Below are positions 27,060 through 37,714 of a DNA stretch of 64,000 nt, in pieces (within the stretch, counting starts at the first letter, position 1; the number at the start of each line of letters is the position of its first letter). The notes under the pieces were generated by a model that made no database searches, had not been told where the DNA came from, and saw nothing but the letters and a program-made list of their open reading frames with translations. The stretch lies in NCBI RefSeq assembly GCF_053078305.1, contig NZ_CP166879.1; one strand, given 5' to 3'. Position numbers and translations under genes: made by a program.

Positions 27060-28536
27060 ATCCAATACGATCGTGAAGTATGTGGTGCCCTGTGTGGTGG
27101 TGGCGGGGATCCTGACGGGATTAAAAAGCTGTGGAGGAGATACCGGGGAGCCCTCGTCTGCGGAAAGCTCAGGAACGCTGGCCGGACTGTCACCGGATGA
27201 ACTGAAGGCCCTGGGCGTGGAAGGAGACACACCTGAAGATACCCTGCGCACACTGATTGGGCGTATGAATCAGGTGAGGGAGCGGCAACTGGTACTGGAC
27301 AAACAGAATGAAAAGTTGCTGAAAGAAAATGAAATGCTGCGCAAGCGGGGCACGGATGTTTCCGGTCAGGTCAGTGAGGCAGTGGCAGGATTGCAGAAAA
27401 ATTATGAGCAGTCGCAGCGCCAGTTCCGGAATGAACAGAACGCGTTAATGACACAGGTTCAGTCACTGACAGAGCAACTGAAGCGTCAGCAGGAGAGTGC
27501 TGATGCCGGCGCCGGAGGACAGGAGAGCGATATTCCAGCAGGTCTGGGCCTTGACGGACTGGGGAGCGTGACAGGATCGGCAGCCTCACCGGGAACGGAT
27601 GGTCTGATGTGGGTGACACCGGCCGATCAGGTGCAGGATGAAGCGTCGTCGGTGGGGGATAAGAGCGGACCGCGTTTTCCAGTCTCTTTTCTGGATGACA
27701 ATCCACTGACCCGTCAGAAAGCGGCTTATGAACAGCAGGTGAAGGGATACAGCAATGAACAGCAGAAGGCGAGCACCCGGGCAGTGTATACCCTGCCGGA
27801 GAACTCGACGCTGGCAGGCAGCCGGGCGATGACAGCGCTTCTGGGACGGGTTCCGGTGAACGGAACCGTGACGGATCCCTATCCGTTCAAGATCCTGGTG
27901 GGTAAGGATAACCTGACGGCAAACGGAATAGAGCTGCCGGATGTGGAAGGTGCAGTGGTGTCCGGTACTGCGAGTGGTGACTGGACGCTCTCCTGTGTCC
28001 GTGGGCAGGTGAACAGCATCACGTTTGTTTTTGCCGACGGGACAGTGCGTACGCTGCCGTCATCAGACGTGAACGGCAGCAGTAACGCACAGGCAAAAAA
28101 TAACAGCAGTACAGGAGGCATTGGCTGGATTTCGGATGATGACGGGATCCCGTGTATCAGCGGAACCCGTAAATCCAATGCCTCCACGTATCTGCCGACA
28201 ATATTTGCCCTGTCTGCAGCCGGCGCTGCGGGTGATGCACTGAGTGAGGGGCAGTACACCTCACAGAACAACGTCAATGGCATCACATCAACACTGACCG
28301 GCAGTGCCGGAGAGGCGGCACTTGGAAAAGCCCTGTCCGGCGGGATGAATGAAACCGCGGAATGGGTGAAACAGCGATACGGGCAGACGTTTGATGCCAT
28401 TTATGTTCCCCCGGGGCAGACGCTGGCGGTGCATATCACGCGTCAACTGGCCATTGATTATGAAGATCAGGGGCGCCGGGTACGTTACGACTTCACTCTG
28501 CCGGGGGAAGTCCACGGTACCGGTGGTCTGGACTGA
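27049..28536 (+). CDS. ICE transfer protein (possibly VirB10-like)
   Basis: 495-aa ORF with N-terminal TM, coiled coil and Gly/Ser-rich region. Confidence 0.55.
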   Translation: MQIKSNTIVKYVVPCVVVAGILTGLKSCGGDTGEPSSAESSGTLAGLSPDELKALGVEGDTPEDTLRTLIGRMNQVRERQLVLDKQNEKLLKENEMLRKRGTDVSGQVSEAVAGLQKNYEQSQRQFRNEQNALMTQVQSLTEQLKRQQESADAGAGGQESDIPAGLGLDGLGSVTGSAASPGTDGLMWVTPADQVQDEASSVGDKSGPRFPVSFLDDNPLTRQKAAYEQQVKGYSNEQQKASTRAVYTLPENSTLAGSRAMTALLGRVPVNGTVTDPYPFKILVGKDNLTANGIELPDVEGAVVSGTASGDWTLSCVRGQVNSITFVFADGTVRTLPSSDVNGSSNAQAKNNSSTGGIGWISDDDGIPCISGTRKSNASTYLPTIFALSAAGAAGDALSEGQYTSQNNVNGITSTLTGSAGEAALGKALSGGMNETAEWVKQRYGQTFDAIYVPPGQTLAVHITRQLAIDYEDQGRRVRYDFTLPGEVHGTGGLD

Positions 28537-28550
28537 TGTAAGGAGATCCC

Positions 28551-28964
28551 GTGAAACGACAGTTATCTGTAATGACCGTCATGGTGGCGGTATTTATTCT
28601 GTCCGGCTGCTCGACATCGAAAGAGGAGCTTCTGCCTCCGGGTGAACAGAGTATGCTGGAGATCTGGCAGGGGAAAGGAAGCGGAGGACATTCGCGGCAC
28701 ATGACAGCGGCCAGGGACACCCTGCGGCGTCCGCTGACAATGCCGGAGCAGCAGGCAGATGCGCACGGAGCCATAAGCTACAGCCGGACACAGGAAAGTG
28801 AGATCAGTCAGCAGTTTCCGCGGCTGCCCAATCCTGACATGGTGATGTATGTTTTTCCGCATCTGGCTTCCGGTACGTCACCGGTTCCGGGGTACAGCAC
28901 AGTATTTCCTTTTTACAGCCGGACGCAGTATGCCATGCCGGGTGAACGAACGGAGGCGTTGTGA
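28551..28964 (+). CDS. conjugative lipoprotein
   Basis: Signal peptide with lipobox LSGC. Confidence 0.55.
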   Translation: MKRQLSVMTVMVAVFILSGCSTSKEELLPPGEQSMLEIWQGKGSGGHSRHMTAARDTLRRPLTMPEQQADAHGAISYSRTQESEISQQFPRLPNPDMVMYVFPHLASGTSPVPGYSTVFPFYSRTQYAMPGERTEAL

Positions 28965-31798
28965 TGCGATTTTCCCTGTTTACAGACACAAAAAAACGGG
29001 TTTCTTCCCCGGTGTCGCAGCATGACGGAGAAGCGGTATCTCCGGATATGAAAGAAAGAGTGGACCCTCAGGTACGAAAGCCACTGTCAAGGCCGGGGAA
29101 GATGACCCGACAGGATGAGACGAAGGTTTACCATGCCTGTCCGTCGGTGATTGATTTTCTGCCATGGGTGGAATATCTGGACGAAGAGCAGTGCCTGCTG
29201 CTGGATGATGGGGTGTCGGTTGGTGCCGTGTATGAGGTGAGTCCGGCTGCTACGGAAGGGCGGACCGCAGAGCGTCTGGAGCAAATCCGGGATACGGTGG
29301 AGGATGCGCTGCAGGACAGTTTTGATGAATATGACTCACATCCCTGGGTGGTGCAGTTCTTCTGTCAGGATGAAAACGACGTGGACACGTATGTTGACCA
29401 GCTCAGGGGGTACGTGAAACCTCATGCAGAAGGCTCCTCATTTACGGAGGCCTGGCTGAGGGAGATGGAGCGCCATCTGAAGGGGATTGCCCGACCGGAA
29501 GGTCTGTTCAGGGATACGCTGGTCACAGGTCAGCCATGGCGTGGTCAGCAGCGGCGCACGAGGATGGTGATTTACCGGTGGATCGGGAAAAACAACCACG
29601 ATCCGATGCCGCCGGTGGCAATGCTGAACCAGGTCTGTTCGCGGGTCGTGGGGGCGCTGGGTGGCGCAGGCGTCCGCTGTACACGGATGAACGGGCAGCA
29701 GGTGCATGGCTGGCTGCTGAGGCTGTTCAATCCCCGGCCGGAATGGGTGGACAGGGATATTCTGTACCGTATGGCATCCCGTGCAGAACCGCAGGAGACA
29801 CCGGAGGGAATGATGCCGGTGATGACCGATTTTGCAGAAAGCCTCTGGTTCACCCCACCGGTATCTGATCCGGAAAACGGCGTGTGGTGGCTGGACGGGC
29901 TTCCGCATGCCGCTGTTGTGGTGGAGAAACTGCGCACACCACCGGAGCCGGGAACCATCACAGGGGAACAGGCCCGGGGCGAAAAGACAGTGAATGCCCT
30001 GATGGACACCTTTCCGGAGGGAACGGTGCTGTGTATGACAATTGTGGTCCAGCCACAGGACACACTGGAAGAGCGCTTCACGAGGTTGTCGAAAAATGCG
30101 GTCGGGGAGAACAGTGAATCCCTGCGTGCCCGGGAGGATGTGGCGACCGTGAAGAAATATCTGGGAAACCGGCACAAGCTCTACCGTGCCGGGATCACGT
30201 TTCTGCTGCGGGCAGAGGATATGGAGAGTCTGAAGCGCAGACGGGTTGAACTGACGACGGTGCTGCTGGGCGCGGGCTTACAGCCAGTGCGCCCGGAGTT
30301 TGATGTCGGACCGCTGAACAGCTGGCTGCGCGCGCTGCCCATGTGTTTTGATCCTGATACGGATAAAAAACAGTGGTACACGCGTCTGATGTGGGTACAG
30401 CATCTGGCAGGGCTCCTGCCGGTGACGGGAAGGGAAACCGGTACGGGGCATCCCGGATTCAGTTTCTTTAACCGTGGCGGGGATGTGCTGACCTTTGATC
30501 CGCTGAACAAGCTGGACCGGACCCAGAATGCACATCTGCTGCTTTTCGGGCCTACCGGAGCCGGTAAATCGGCCACGCTGTGTGGTTCGTTGTCGCAGAT
30601 AATGGCAGTTCATCGTCCCCGTCTGTTTATCGCTGAGGCCGGGAACTCGTTTGGTCTGCTGGCGGATTATTTTGAGAGTCTCGGGCTTTCGGTTAACAAA
30701 ATCAGTGTCAAACCGGGAACGGGGGTGTGTCTTCCTCCATTTGCGGATGCTCATCAACTGGTGGAGCAGGGAGAGACGCTGCAGAGTGTGGATGAGCATT
30801 CACTGCCCGATCTTGATGAAGATGAGGGGGATGAAGAGGCAGAGAAACGCGACATTCTGGGGGAGATGGAAATCTCTGCCCGCATGATGATCACCGGAGG
30901 GGATCCGAAAGAAGAAGCAGCGCTCAAACGTGCGGACAGGGCGATGATCCGTGAGGCACTGCTGATGGCCACGCACACCACGTACCGGGAGGGGCGTCAG
31001 ATGCTGCCGGTGGATCTGCAGAGTGCGTTGTGGGAAATTTCGCGGGACACTCAGCGTAATGATGTTCGCCGGGCTAAAGCCGCAGAGATGGCAGAGTCGC
31101 TGGGGATGTTCACCCAGCCGGGCAGTTTTGAAGCGGAGCTGTTTAACCGGGAAGGAAAACTGTGGCCGGAAGCGGATGTGACCCTGATTGATCTGGGGCA
31201 TCTTGCCCGTGAAGGTTATGAAGCCCAGATGGCACTGACCATGGTGTCAATGACCAATATGATTAACAACATTGCCGAGCGCGATCAGTATCTGGGACGG
31301 GATATTCTGTTTGTGGTGGATGAGGCGCATATCGTGACGGTAAACCCGCTTTTGTCCCCGTATATGACCAAAGTGGTGAAAATGTGGCGCAAGCTGGGGG
31401 CCTGGCTGTGGCTGGCCACGCAGAACCTGAAGGATTATCCGGATGTTTCAGAGAAGATGCTGAATATGGCAGAGTGGTGGGTGTGCCTGACCATGCCGCC
31501 GGAGGAAGTGAACAATATTGCCCGTTTTAAATCCCTGACGGAGGAGCAGAAGGCGGTACTGCTGTCAGCCAGTAAACTGTCCGGCTGCTATACGGAGGGG
31601 GTGGTACTGGCGAAGCGCACAGAAGCGTTGTTCCGGGTTGTGCCACCGAGTCTGTATCTGGCTCTGGGGATGACGGAGAAAGAAGAGAAGGCTGAACGCC
31701 GCGCCCTGATGAAGGTGCACCAGTGCAGCGAACTGGAAGCAGCGTTTCATGTGGCACGAAAGCTGGACGGGCTACGTGGTCTGGCTGGCAGGGAGTGA
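28961..31798 (+). CDS. traC: conjugative transfer ATPase (VirB4/TraC-like, ICE class)
   Basis: 945-aa ORF; Walker A LLLFGPTGAGKSAT and Walker B-like region FVVDEAH. Confidence 0.85.
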   Translation: MMRFSLFTDTKKRVSSPVSQHDGEAVSPDMKERVDPQVRKPLSRPGKMTRQDETKVYHACPSVIDFLPWVEYLDEEQCLLLDDGVSVGAVYEVSPAATEGRTAERLEQIRDTVEDALQDSFDEYDSHPWVVQFFCQDENDVDTYVDQLRGYVKPHAEGSSFTEAWLREMERHLKGIARPEGLFRDTLVTGQPWRGQQRRTRMVIYRWIGKNNHDPMPPVAMLNQVCSRVVGALGGAGVRCTRMNGQQVHGWLLRLFNPRPEWVDRDILYRMASRAEPQETPEGMMPVMTDFAESLWFTPPVSDPENGVWWLDGLPHAAVVVEKLRTPPEPGTITGEQARGEKTVNALMDTFPEGTVLCMTIVVQPQDTLEERFTRLSKNAVGENSESLRAREDVATVKKYLGNRHKLYRAGITFLLRAEDMESLKRRRVELTTVLLGAGLQPVRPEFDVGPLNSWLRALPMCFDPDTDKKQWYTRLMWVQHLAGLLPVTGRETGTGHPGFSFFNRGGDVLTFDPLNKLDRTQNAHLLLFGPTGAGKSATLCGSLSQIMAVHRPRLFIAEAGNSFGLLADYFESLGLSVNKISVKPGTGVCLPPFADAHQLVEQGETLQSVDEHSLPDLDEDEGDEEAEKRDILGEMEISARMMITGGDPKEEAALKRADRAMIREALLMATHTTYREGRQMLPVDLQSALWEISRDTQRNDVRRAKAAEMAESLGMFTQPGSFEAELFNREGKLWPEADVTLIDLGHLAREGYEAQMALTMVSMTNMINNIAERDQYLGRDILFVVDEAHIVTVNPLLSPYMTKVVKMWRKLGAWLWLATQNLKDYPDVSEKMLNMAEWWVCLTMPPEEVNNIARFKSLTEEQKAVLLSASKLSGCYTEGVVLAKRTEALFRVVPPSLYLALGMTEKEEKAERRALMKVHQCSELEAAFHVARKLDGLRGLAGRE

Positions 31799-31802
31799 GA
31801 CT

Positions 31803-32180
31803 ATGCTGTGTCTGAAGTATCCGGAACCGGAAGTGGTGTCTGCTGTTCACCCCGCCGGAAGTGTGTTTGTTCTGCCGCCACAGGGTGCGCCGGGGATAAG
31901 TTGCACCACACGGGATAATCTTGAACGTCTTCGCGGGCATCTGGCGGCGCAACTGGGGCGGGTGGAGTGTATCCGTTGCCAGCCACAGAGGGTGGGTCTG
32001 AACAGCAGTGTGGCGGTGATGCTGGAAGGTCAGCGGGGTCAGTATGTGCATATTCTGCTTACTGTGAGTGGGCATGAGAGCTGGCCGTCGGAGGAGGAGT
32101 ATATTCATCCCCGCTGGTATATATCAGTGACTGATGCGGCGGATTTGTTCTATCTGCTGTTGTGGCTGGGAGAGGGGTGA
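31803..32180 (+). CDS. hypothetical ICE protein
   Basis: ORF track 31749..32180; ATG 31803 follows GGGAG RBS just after the ATPase stop. Confidence 0.45.
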   Translation: MLCLKYPEPEVVSAVHPAGSVFVLPPQGAPGISCTTRDNLERLRGHLAAQLGRVECIRCQPQRVGLNSSVAVMLEGQRGQYVHILLTVSGHESWPSEEEYIHPRWYISVTDAADLFYLLLWLGEG

Positions 32181-32181
32181 T

Positions 32182-32397
32182 ATGAGGAGCGATATCGATT
32201 TTCCGGGACCACTGTATCCATCGCTGTCAGATCAAATTGCCAGTGAACCTGTGCTGTTTCTGGCGGGAGCTGTGGGTGTGGCTGTGTTTTCATGGGTGCT
32301 TGCGAATTTTTCATGGATGCTTACGAATGTACTGGCCCGGATGCTGTCAGGGTTGTACTCCCGTGTCAGGAGGAGGGTAAAGAACTCTGAAAAATAG
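32182..32397 (+). CDS. small membrane protein
   Basis: ORF track 32134..32397; ATG 32182 after GGGAGAGGGG RBS. Confidence 0.4.
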   Translation: MRSDIDFPGPLYPSLSDQIASEPVLFLAGAVGVAVFSWVLANFSWMLTNVLARMLSGLYSRVRRRVKNSEK

Positions 32398-32566
32398 CGG
32401 GAGAGAGGTGCTGCCCTGATGCCTTCGTTGTATTCTGCGACGCTGTTGGTGCCCGTATTTTGTGCGGGTACCGTACAGAATCACCGCATGAGCCATTGCT
32501 GAGACGCTCACTTTTTTTCGCATGCATTACCGGAGTGATGGCTCAGCCGGTGATTTTGGTGTTGAG

Positions 32567-32767
32567 ATGAGAGCCAGTATGGGAAAGCGATATAAAATAA
32601 CTGCGACAATAATCAAACCAGGCAATATGCCGGTTCAGTGGCTGCGTTACCAGGATGAAAAAATGACTCAGGATGAATGTGAAAAACTGTTTGCGCCCGC
32701 AAAAGAGCCGGGACGGTATATTGGCGTCAGGGTGGAGGACTTCCGGTGTGAAGTGGTGAAGGCCTGA
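32567..32767 (+). CDS. small hypothetical protein
   Basis: ORF track 32522..32767; start uncertain. Confidence 0.3.
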   Translation: MRASMGKRYKITATIIKPGNMPVQWLRYQDEKMTQDECEKLFAPAKEPGRYIGVRVEDFRCEVVKA

Positions 32768-33087
32768 GTATGAAAATAAAAACCTCCGGCGGAGTCGGAG
32801 GGGGCAAAAACAGATAGTCCCGGAGTGTATCTGTGTAAATGGTGTTATTGGTATAATAATGGTGGTAAAGACCACGGGAGAATTTATTCATTTTATTCGT
32901 CATGAAATCAACGGTAATAGTGTGTTTCTGTGACGGGAATAAAAAAATACAGCACCGCCGATGACCCGGTGCTGAAAACAGGTTAAATGTAGTGGGCACA
33001 TTTCCGGTAATATCAGGAACAGCATGTTATGGTTATAAAAGCATATACCGGGAGTGTGCCCTGGCACTGTGATGTTCTGGTTGTCTT

Positions 33088-33116
33088 TTGACCATTTTCC
33101 GGGGACGAAATATAAG
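33088..33116 (+). promoter_or_regulatory. candidate sigma70 promoter (TTGACC, 17-bp spacer, TATAAG)
   Basis: Near-consensus -35 and -10 hexamers with 17-bp spacing, about 35 bp upstream of the lipoprotein start. Confidence 0.4.
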
Positions 33117-33151
33117 CTGTTCTGCGTTAACACTTAATAATGAGAGATTGT

Positions 33152-33601
33152 ATGCTGAAAAAAACAATTCTGGCGTTATGTATTTCCGCACCATTTCTGG
33201 TTGCGGGCTGTGATGATGCGACAAAGGAGAATGTAAGTAAGAAGGCGGCAGATATAAAGGAAGCTGCGCAGACTCAACTCAGTGATGTGAAGGATGCCGC
33301 GGAGGAAGTGAAAATGCAGGCTGTCGGAAAGGTGGCAGAGGTTTCTGAAGCGGCTCAGTCCGGGCTCAGCGAGGTGAAGGATGCCGTGGAGGAAGTGAAA
33401 ACACAGGCAGCCGGAAAGGTGGCAGAGGTCTCTGAAGCGGCTCAGTCCGGGCTCAGCGAGGTGAAGGATGCCGTGGAGGAAGTAAAAACACAGGCAGCCA
33501 GAAAGGTGGCAGAGGTCTCTGAAGCGACTCAGTCCGGTCTCAGTGATGTGAAGGATACCGCTCCTGAAAAGGGGGCTGAAATATCCGTAACGGAGGAGTA
33601 A
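33152..33601 (+). CDS. lipoprotein with tandem internal repeats
   Basis: ORF track 33140..33601; ATG 33152 after GAGAG RBS; lipobox LVAGC. Three tandem copies of an about 20-aa (60-bp) unit AEVSEAAQSGLSEVKDAVEEVKTQAAGKV. Confidence 0.6.
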   Translation: MLKKTILALCISAPFLVAGCDDATKENVSKKAADIKEAAQTQLSDVKDAAEEVKMQAVGKVAEVSEAAQSGLSEVKDAVEEVKTQAAGKVAEVSEAAQSGLSEVKDAVEEVKTQAARKVAEVSEATQSGLSDVKDTAPEKGAEISVTEE

Positions 33602-33705
33602 AAGAGCGCCGTCGGTGCAGTTTTTTTCAGCACCCGGTGACACGGAATTTTATATACGGGGCATGTCTGTCTCTTTAATAAATCAGCATATTTACCGGAT
33701 ATCCG

Positions 33706-34425
33706 ATGCCCTGTACCTGCGCTGTCATTATGGCTCTCAAACAGACAATGCTTTGTCTGGAGCACAGGAACTCTGTCATACCTGCCGGCACAATGCTTCT
33801 GATTGCCGGGCATCTGCGCCCTGCTTTTCAGGCTCATACCGGACGTTTCCTTATCGCTGACCTCAGTGAGGAGGTGGTGAGGCGGTATCTGCGGTTCTGC
33901 ACGCCATTATCCGGTATGGCAGTCAGCCCGTCGTCTTTGCTTTTACAGATCCGGCCACAGATGTCCGTGCTGGCGGAATGTCTGATCAGACAACTTATTA
34001 CAGATGAACCATCGCCGGTGTACTTCAGGGATGCGGTGGCTTTTTCCAGTCTGGCGCTGTTTGAGGAACATCCGGATTTCCATGCCCTGCTCACGGGGTG
34101 TATCCGGAGCTGCACTGTCCGGGTGAAGAATATTATCAGTGCTGATTTGTCCCGTCCATGGATGCTGGGTGAAGTGGCCAGTCTGTTATATATAAGTGAG
34201 AGTTTACTGAAGAAAAAGCTTCAGGAAGAGCTGACGACCTTCAGTGAGCTTCTTCTGAAAGAGAGAATGCAGTATGCCGTTCAGCTTTTGTCTGCGGGAG
34301 AAAACCGTATTTCCCGGGTGGCAGAGTTGTGTGGCTATGCCAGTGCTTCTTATTTTATTTCTGTGTTCAGGCGTTATTATAGTATTACCCCGAATCAGTG
34401 GCTTCCTGTGATGCAACCGGATTAA
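33706..34425 (+). CDS. AraC-family transcriptional regulator
   Basis: C-terminal AraC-type HTH signature (...SRVAELCGYASASYFISVFRRYYSITPNQW); start position uncertain. Confidence 0.7.
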   Translation: MPCTCAVIMALKQTMLCLEHRNSVIPAGTMLLIAGHLRPAFQAHTGRFLIADLSEEVVRRYLRFCTPLSGMAVSPSSLLLQIRPQMSVLAECLIRQLITDEPSPVYFRDAVAFSSLALFEEHPDFHALLTGCIRSCTVRVKNIISADLSRPWMLGEVASLLYISESLLKKKLQEELTTFSELLLKERMQYAVQLLSAGENRISRVAELCGYASASYFISVFRRYYSITPNQWLPVMQPD

Positions 34426-34560
34426 TTTGATTCAGATGCAGAGTGTGCGTTATTCAGAGGAAGAGGCTTAATTTTTATCATCCGGTTTTGAATTTATTGC
34501 TGATTGTCCCTTTGCCTTTGCGCACGCTGTCAGATACCAGTTGTCTGACGGAGTCGCATC

Positions 34561-34956
34561 ATGTACCGACTGTTACTGTATTCCTTCCTGATACTACCGG
34601 TGGCAGCATCTGCCGGTACAACAATTTATACCGATTCGCACCAGCGCCCCATGAACCCGCCAGCAGGTGTTCGTGTTGTCCTGCTTGATGCTCCTGAGCA
34701 GACGCAGGATACATTTTTCGGGGTACTTCCCGCAGAGCCTGCAGAAGCATCTGCCCGTGTCATGGAACGGATGCAGTCGCCTGAATGGCAGTCGTTTCAG
34801 GCAGGGCTTGCTGAACACTACCGTGCATTAGCACATGCCTGGTCCCTTGGACTGAAAAAATATCCGGCTGTGGTTTTTGATGACAGTGAAGTGGTCTACG
34901 GAACCACAGACGTGGTGCTGGCAGAACAACTGCGTACAGGGGGAGGGCAGCCATGA
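34561..34956 (+). CDS. periplasmic ICE transfer-region protein
   Basis: 131-aa ORF with signal peptide, followed by overlapping genes. Confidence 0.55.
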   Translation: MYRLLLYSFLILPVAASAGTTIYTDSHQRPMNPPAGVRVVLLDAPEQTQDTFFGVLPAEPAEASARVMERMQSPEWQSFQAGLAEHYRALAHAWSLGLKKYPAVVFDDSEVVYGTTDVVLAEQLRTGGGQP

Positions 34957-35927
34957 TTTCCTGCACATCACGTCATCGCGCCGGTGTTCTGCTGTTAAGT
35001 ATGGCGGTATTGCCGGTGGCAGAGGCATCGCTGAACACCGCGCAGATAGTGGCCAGTGCAGCCTCACAGAGCTGTATCAGCTGGCGGGTCAGCGGGATTT
35101 GCTACTGGCTGTTCTGCACCAAATTCAGTTGCAAGGTCAGAACATCAGTGAAAGTTTCCCATTATATCCCGGAAGTGGTTGTTTCCACCTATACCGCACC
35201 TGGCGGAAATCCCTGGCGTGAAATGTCGGCGGTCAGCAGTACAGCCGGTGGTCCGGAGAATGCCATAAGCAAAGGTATTGCCGGTCTGTCAGCAGGAGGA
35301 GGGAACCCCGCAGACATGAAGGTACAGGGGGAACGTCGTTCGTCAATCCGTTTTAAATATGCCGATGCAACAGGGCACCCGGCCACCACGCTTATCGGAG
35401 GGATGGTGCCGGGATATTCCTGTGAGTCACCGGTGACACCTTTTGTTCCTTATTTTCTCAGTACGCTTGACAGTATTGCCTGGCGTACAGGACTGCCGGA
35501 GTCACTGTACCCGGAGGCCCTGATCCCCGGTAAACGCGAAATAGGCAGCCAGGAAGAAGAGAATATGTGGGGCAATGTGTATCCCCGCTCCGGGTTCGTG
35601 ACCCAGACAGATGATGATAAAGCTGCTGCGGTGGTGGCCCAGCGGGTGGCTGACATTATCACCCGCACCGGTGAGCCACATGTCTATCAGCCGGTGAAAG
35701 CAGGGAAGAAGGACGGTTACTGGCCACCGGATCCGGTGGAGGAAAATACGGGCACCCGGAACCATAAATGGCAGAGACTGACGCCTTCAGTCTCCACGTC
35801 CTGCGCAGTCTTCCCTGACGGAGAGCATGAAGCGGCTGAAACAGGTAATGCTGCCTTTGCCCTGTGGCAGCCCTACAGTTGCTGCAAGAAACGGGGACAG
35901 ACATTCCTGGGCAGTACGAATTTTTAA
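34953..35927 (+). CDS. periplasmic ICE transfer-region protein
   Basis: 324-aa ORF with signal peptide; 4-bp overlap upstream. Confidence 0.55.
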   Translation: MISCTSRHRAGVLLLSMAVLPVAEASLNTAQIVASAASQSCISWRVSGICYWLFCTKFSCKVRTSVKVSHYIPEVVVSTYTAPGGNPWREMSAVSSTAGGPENAISKGIAGLSAGGGNPADMKVQGERRSSIRFKYADATGHPATTLIGGMVPGYSCESPVTPFVPYFLSTLDSIAWRTGLPESLYPEALIPGKREIGSQEEENMWGNVYPRSGFVTQTDDDKAAAVVAQRVADIITRTGEPHVYQPVKAGKKDGYWPPDPVEENTGTRNHKWQRLTPSVSTSCAVFPDGEHEAAETGNAAFALWQPYSCCKKRGQTFLGSTNF

Positions 35928-35937
35928 GTAAGGGGAA

Positions 35938-37362
35938 GTGATGAAACAGAAAATGACGATACCTGTTCTGGCTGTGGTGCTTTGTGCGGGTACGGTACAG
36001 GCTGACGGAAACTTTTTGTCCCTGCCGAAAGTGAATGACAGTGCGTTTGGCTACGGTAAATCCGTGGACGGCGCAGTATCAGACAAACTGTTTTATACCC
36101 TGGGAGGGGGCTCGGTGATATCGCAGCCGGCAACGCGCAGCAATATGCAGAAACTTGGGGTGGATCTCGGGTGGAGCAGTGATCTGATGTGTGGCAATTT
36201 TGACCTGAAAACAACAGTGGGTAACCAGCTGAACGGGATCACTGATGGTTTCAAAAACCTGATGGGGGATGTGATTCAGGGGGCGAGCGGAGCCGTGGCG
36301 AGTCTGCCGGCAATGGTGATACAGCGGGCTAATCCGGGGCTGTATGACATGCTGACCAACGGTGTACTGCAGGCGAATGTGGCATTCGACAAAGCGCAGC
36401 TCAATTGTCAGAACATGGCGAAACGCATGATGGAGTTCACGGACAGCAATAAGTGGACGCAGGCGGCCATGCTCGAGGAGTACAAAAAAATTGTGAATAC
36501 GGGGGACGGTGATGCGATCAAAGGGGATGAAGCAGGTCGTCAGGTTACCGGGGAGGAGGGGCAACGCTGGATCGGAGGGCAGCAGCGTGGTGGAGCGGGA
36601 CAGTCTGCTATCCGGCCGACACATGATCTGACAGCTGCCGGTTTCAATATGATGAACAGTCTGCCTTCGACCAGTACATCCAGTGTCAGTCCCGGGAACT
36701 GTAACGGGAGTGCCTGCATGAAATACCGTAATGCAGAGGAAGCTGCCCGGGCGGTGGTGAAGGTTCTGGGGGATAAATCCATGCGGACCTGTGGTGATGC
36801 AAAGGCATGTACCAGCGGGGATGCTGATCAGCAGCCGGGGACCAGTATTGCCGGCACGGGGTTTGCGCCGATGCTTGAAGAAGCGACGCGGGTTAACACG
36901 GAACTGCTGGCAGGTATGGTCAATGGTCGTGACAAGCCGACAGCCGGGAATCTGGCAAAACTGAAAGCCGGGAGTCTGTCTGTGACAGCGGGAGTGATCC
37001 GTGCCCTGCAGCGTGATCCGGACAATGGTGCCCTGACGTCGCGTCTGGCGGGAGAACTGGCCATGGCGGATACCGTTGAAACGGCGCTGCTGATGCGCAG
37101 GATGCTGCTCACGGGGATGGCCGAGCCGTATGCTGCAGCTCAGCCTGCTGCACTGGAAGAGGGGGAACGCCGTATTGAGGCGCTGGATCGGGAAATTATG
37201 GCGCTGAAAAACGAGATGGAGCTGAAGCGGGATCTGGCGCGTAACAGTGTTCTGACCATCATTGAACGGGATAACGAGCGTGTGGGGAATAACCCGATGA
37301 TCCAGCAGGCTGACAATGCTGACAGCCGTATCCATTCTCTCGATGCCCCGGATAAGGAGTGA
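35938..37362 (+). CDS. periplasmic ICE transfer-region protein
   Basis: 474-aa ORF with signal peptide and C-terminal coiled coil. Confidence 0.55.
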   Translation: MMKQKMTIPVLAVVLCAGTVQADGNFLSLPKVNDSAFGYGKSVDGAVSDKLFYTLGGGSVISQPATRSNMQKLGVDLGWSSDLMCGNFDLKTTVGNQLNGITDGFKNLMGDVIQGASGAVASLPAMVIQRANPGLYDMLTNGVLQANVAFDKAQLNCQNMAKRMMEFTDSNKWTQAAMLEEYKKIVNTGDGDAIKGDEAGRQVTGEEGQRWIGGQQRGGAGQSAIRPTHDLTAAGFNMMNSLPSTSTSSVSPGNCNGSACMKYRNAEEAARAVVKVLGDKSMRTCGDAKACTSGDADQQPGTSIAGTGFAPMLEEATRVNTELLAGMVNGRDKPTAGNLAKLKAGSLSVTAGVIRALQRDPDNGALTSRLAGELAMADTVETALLMRRMLLTGMAEPYAAAQPAALEEGERRIEALDREIMALKNEMELKRDLARNSVLTIIERDNERVGNNPMIQQADNADSRIHSLDAPDKE

Positions 37363-37366
37363 GAGG

Positions 37367-37708
37367 ATGAGCAGAATTTATGGCCGGGTGAAAAAGAGGA
37401 TGAAGGTATTCGCCCTGTATACGCTGTTGCTGACAGGGATTACCGTGTTTTCCCTCTGGCTGGCCGATACCGGTATACGTCACGCAGAAGGATTTGCGGC
37501 CCTGCGGGAGTGGATGTATGAGACACGTTATGGCTGGCTGGGATGGCGTCTGTGTCTTTACAGTGCGATCGGATGGCTGGGGTGGAGGATCTGGCATGCG
37601 CCGGGGTTCAGGGCAGAATACCGGGCTTCTTTTCTGCGTATGGCCACAGTCAGTGTTCTGTTTATCCTGCTGTGTGAATACGCCATTTTTGCTGAGCCGG
37701 GGCGTTGA
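37367..37708 (+). CDS. ICE membrane protein
   Basis: ORF track 37316..37708; ATG 37367 after AAGGAGTGAGAGG RBS; three TM helices. Confidence 0.45.
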   Translation: MSRIYGRVKKRMKVFALYTLLLTGITVFSLWLADTGIRHAEGFAALREWMYETRYGWLGWRLCLYSAIGWLGWRIWHAPGFRAEYRASFLRMATVSVLFILLCEYAIFAEPGR

Positions 37709-37714
37709 GCAATC

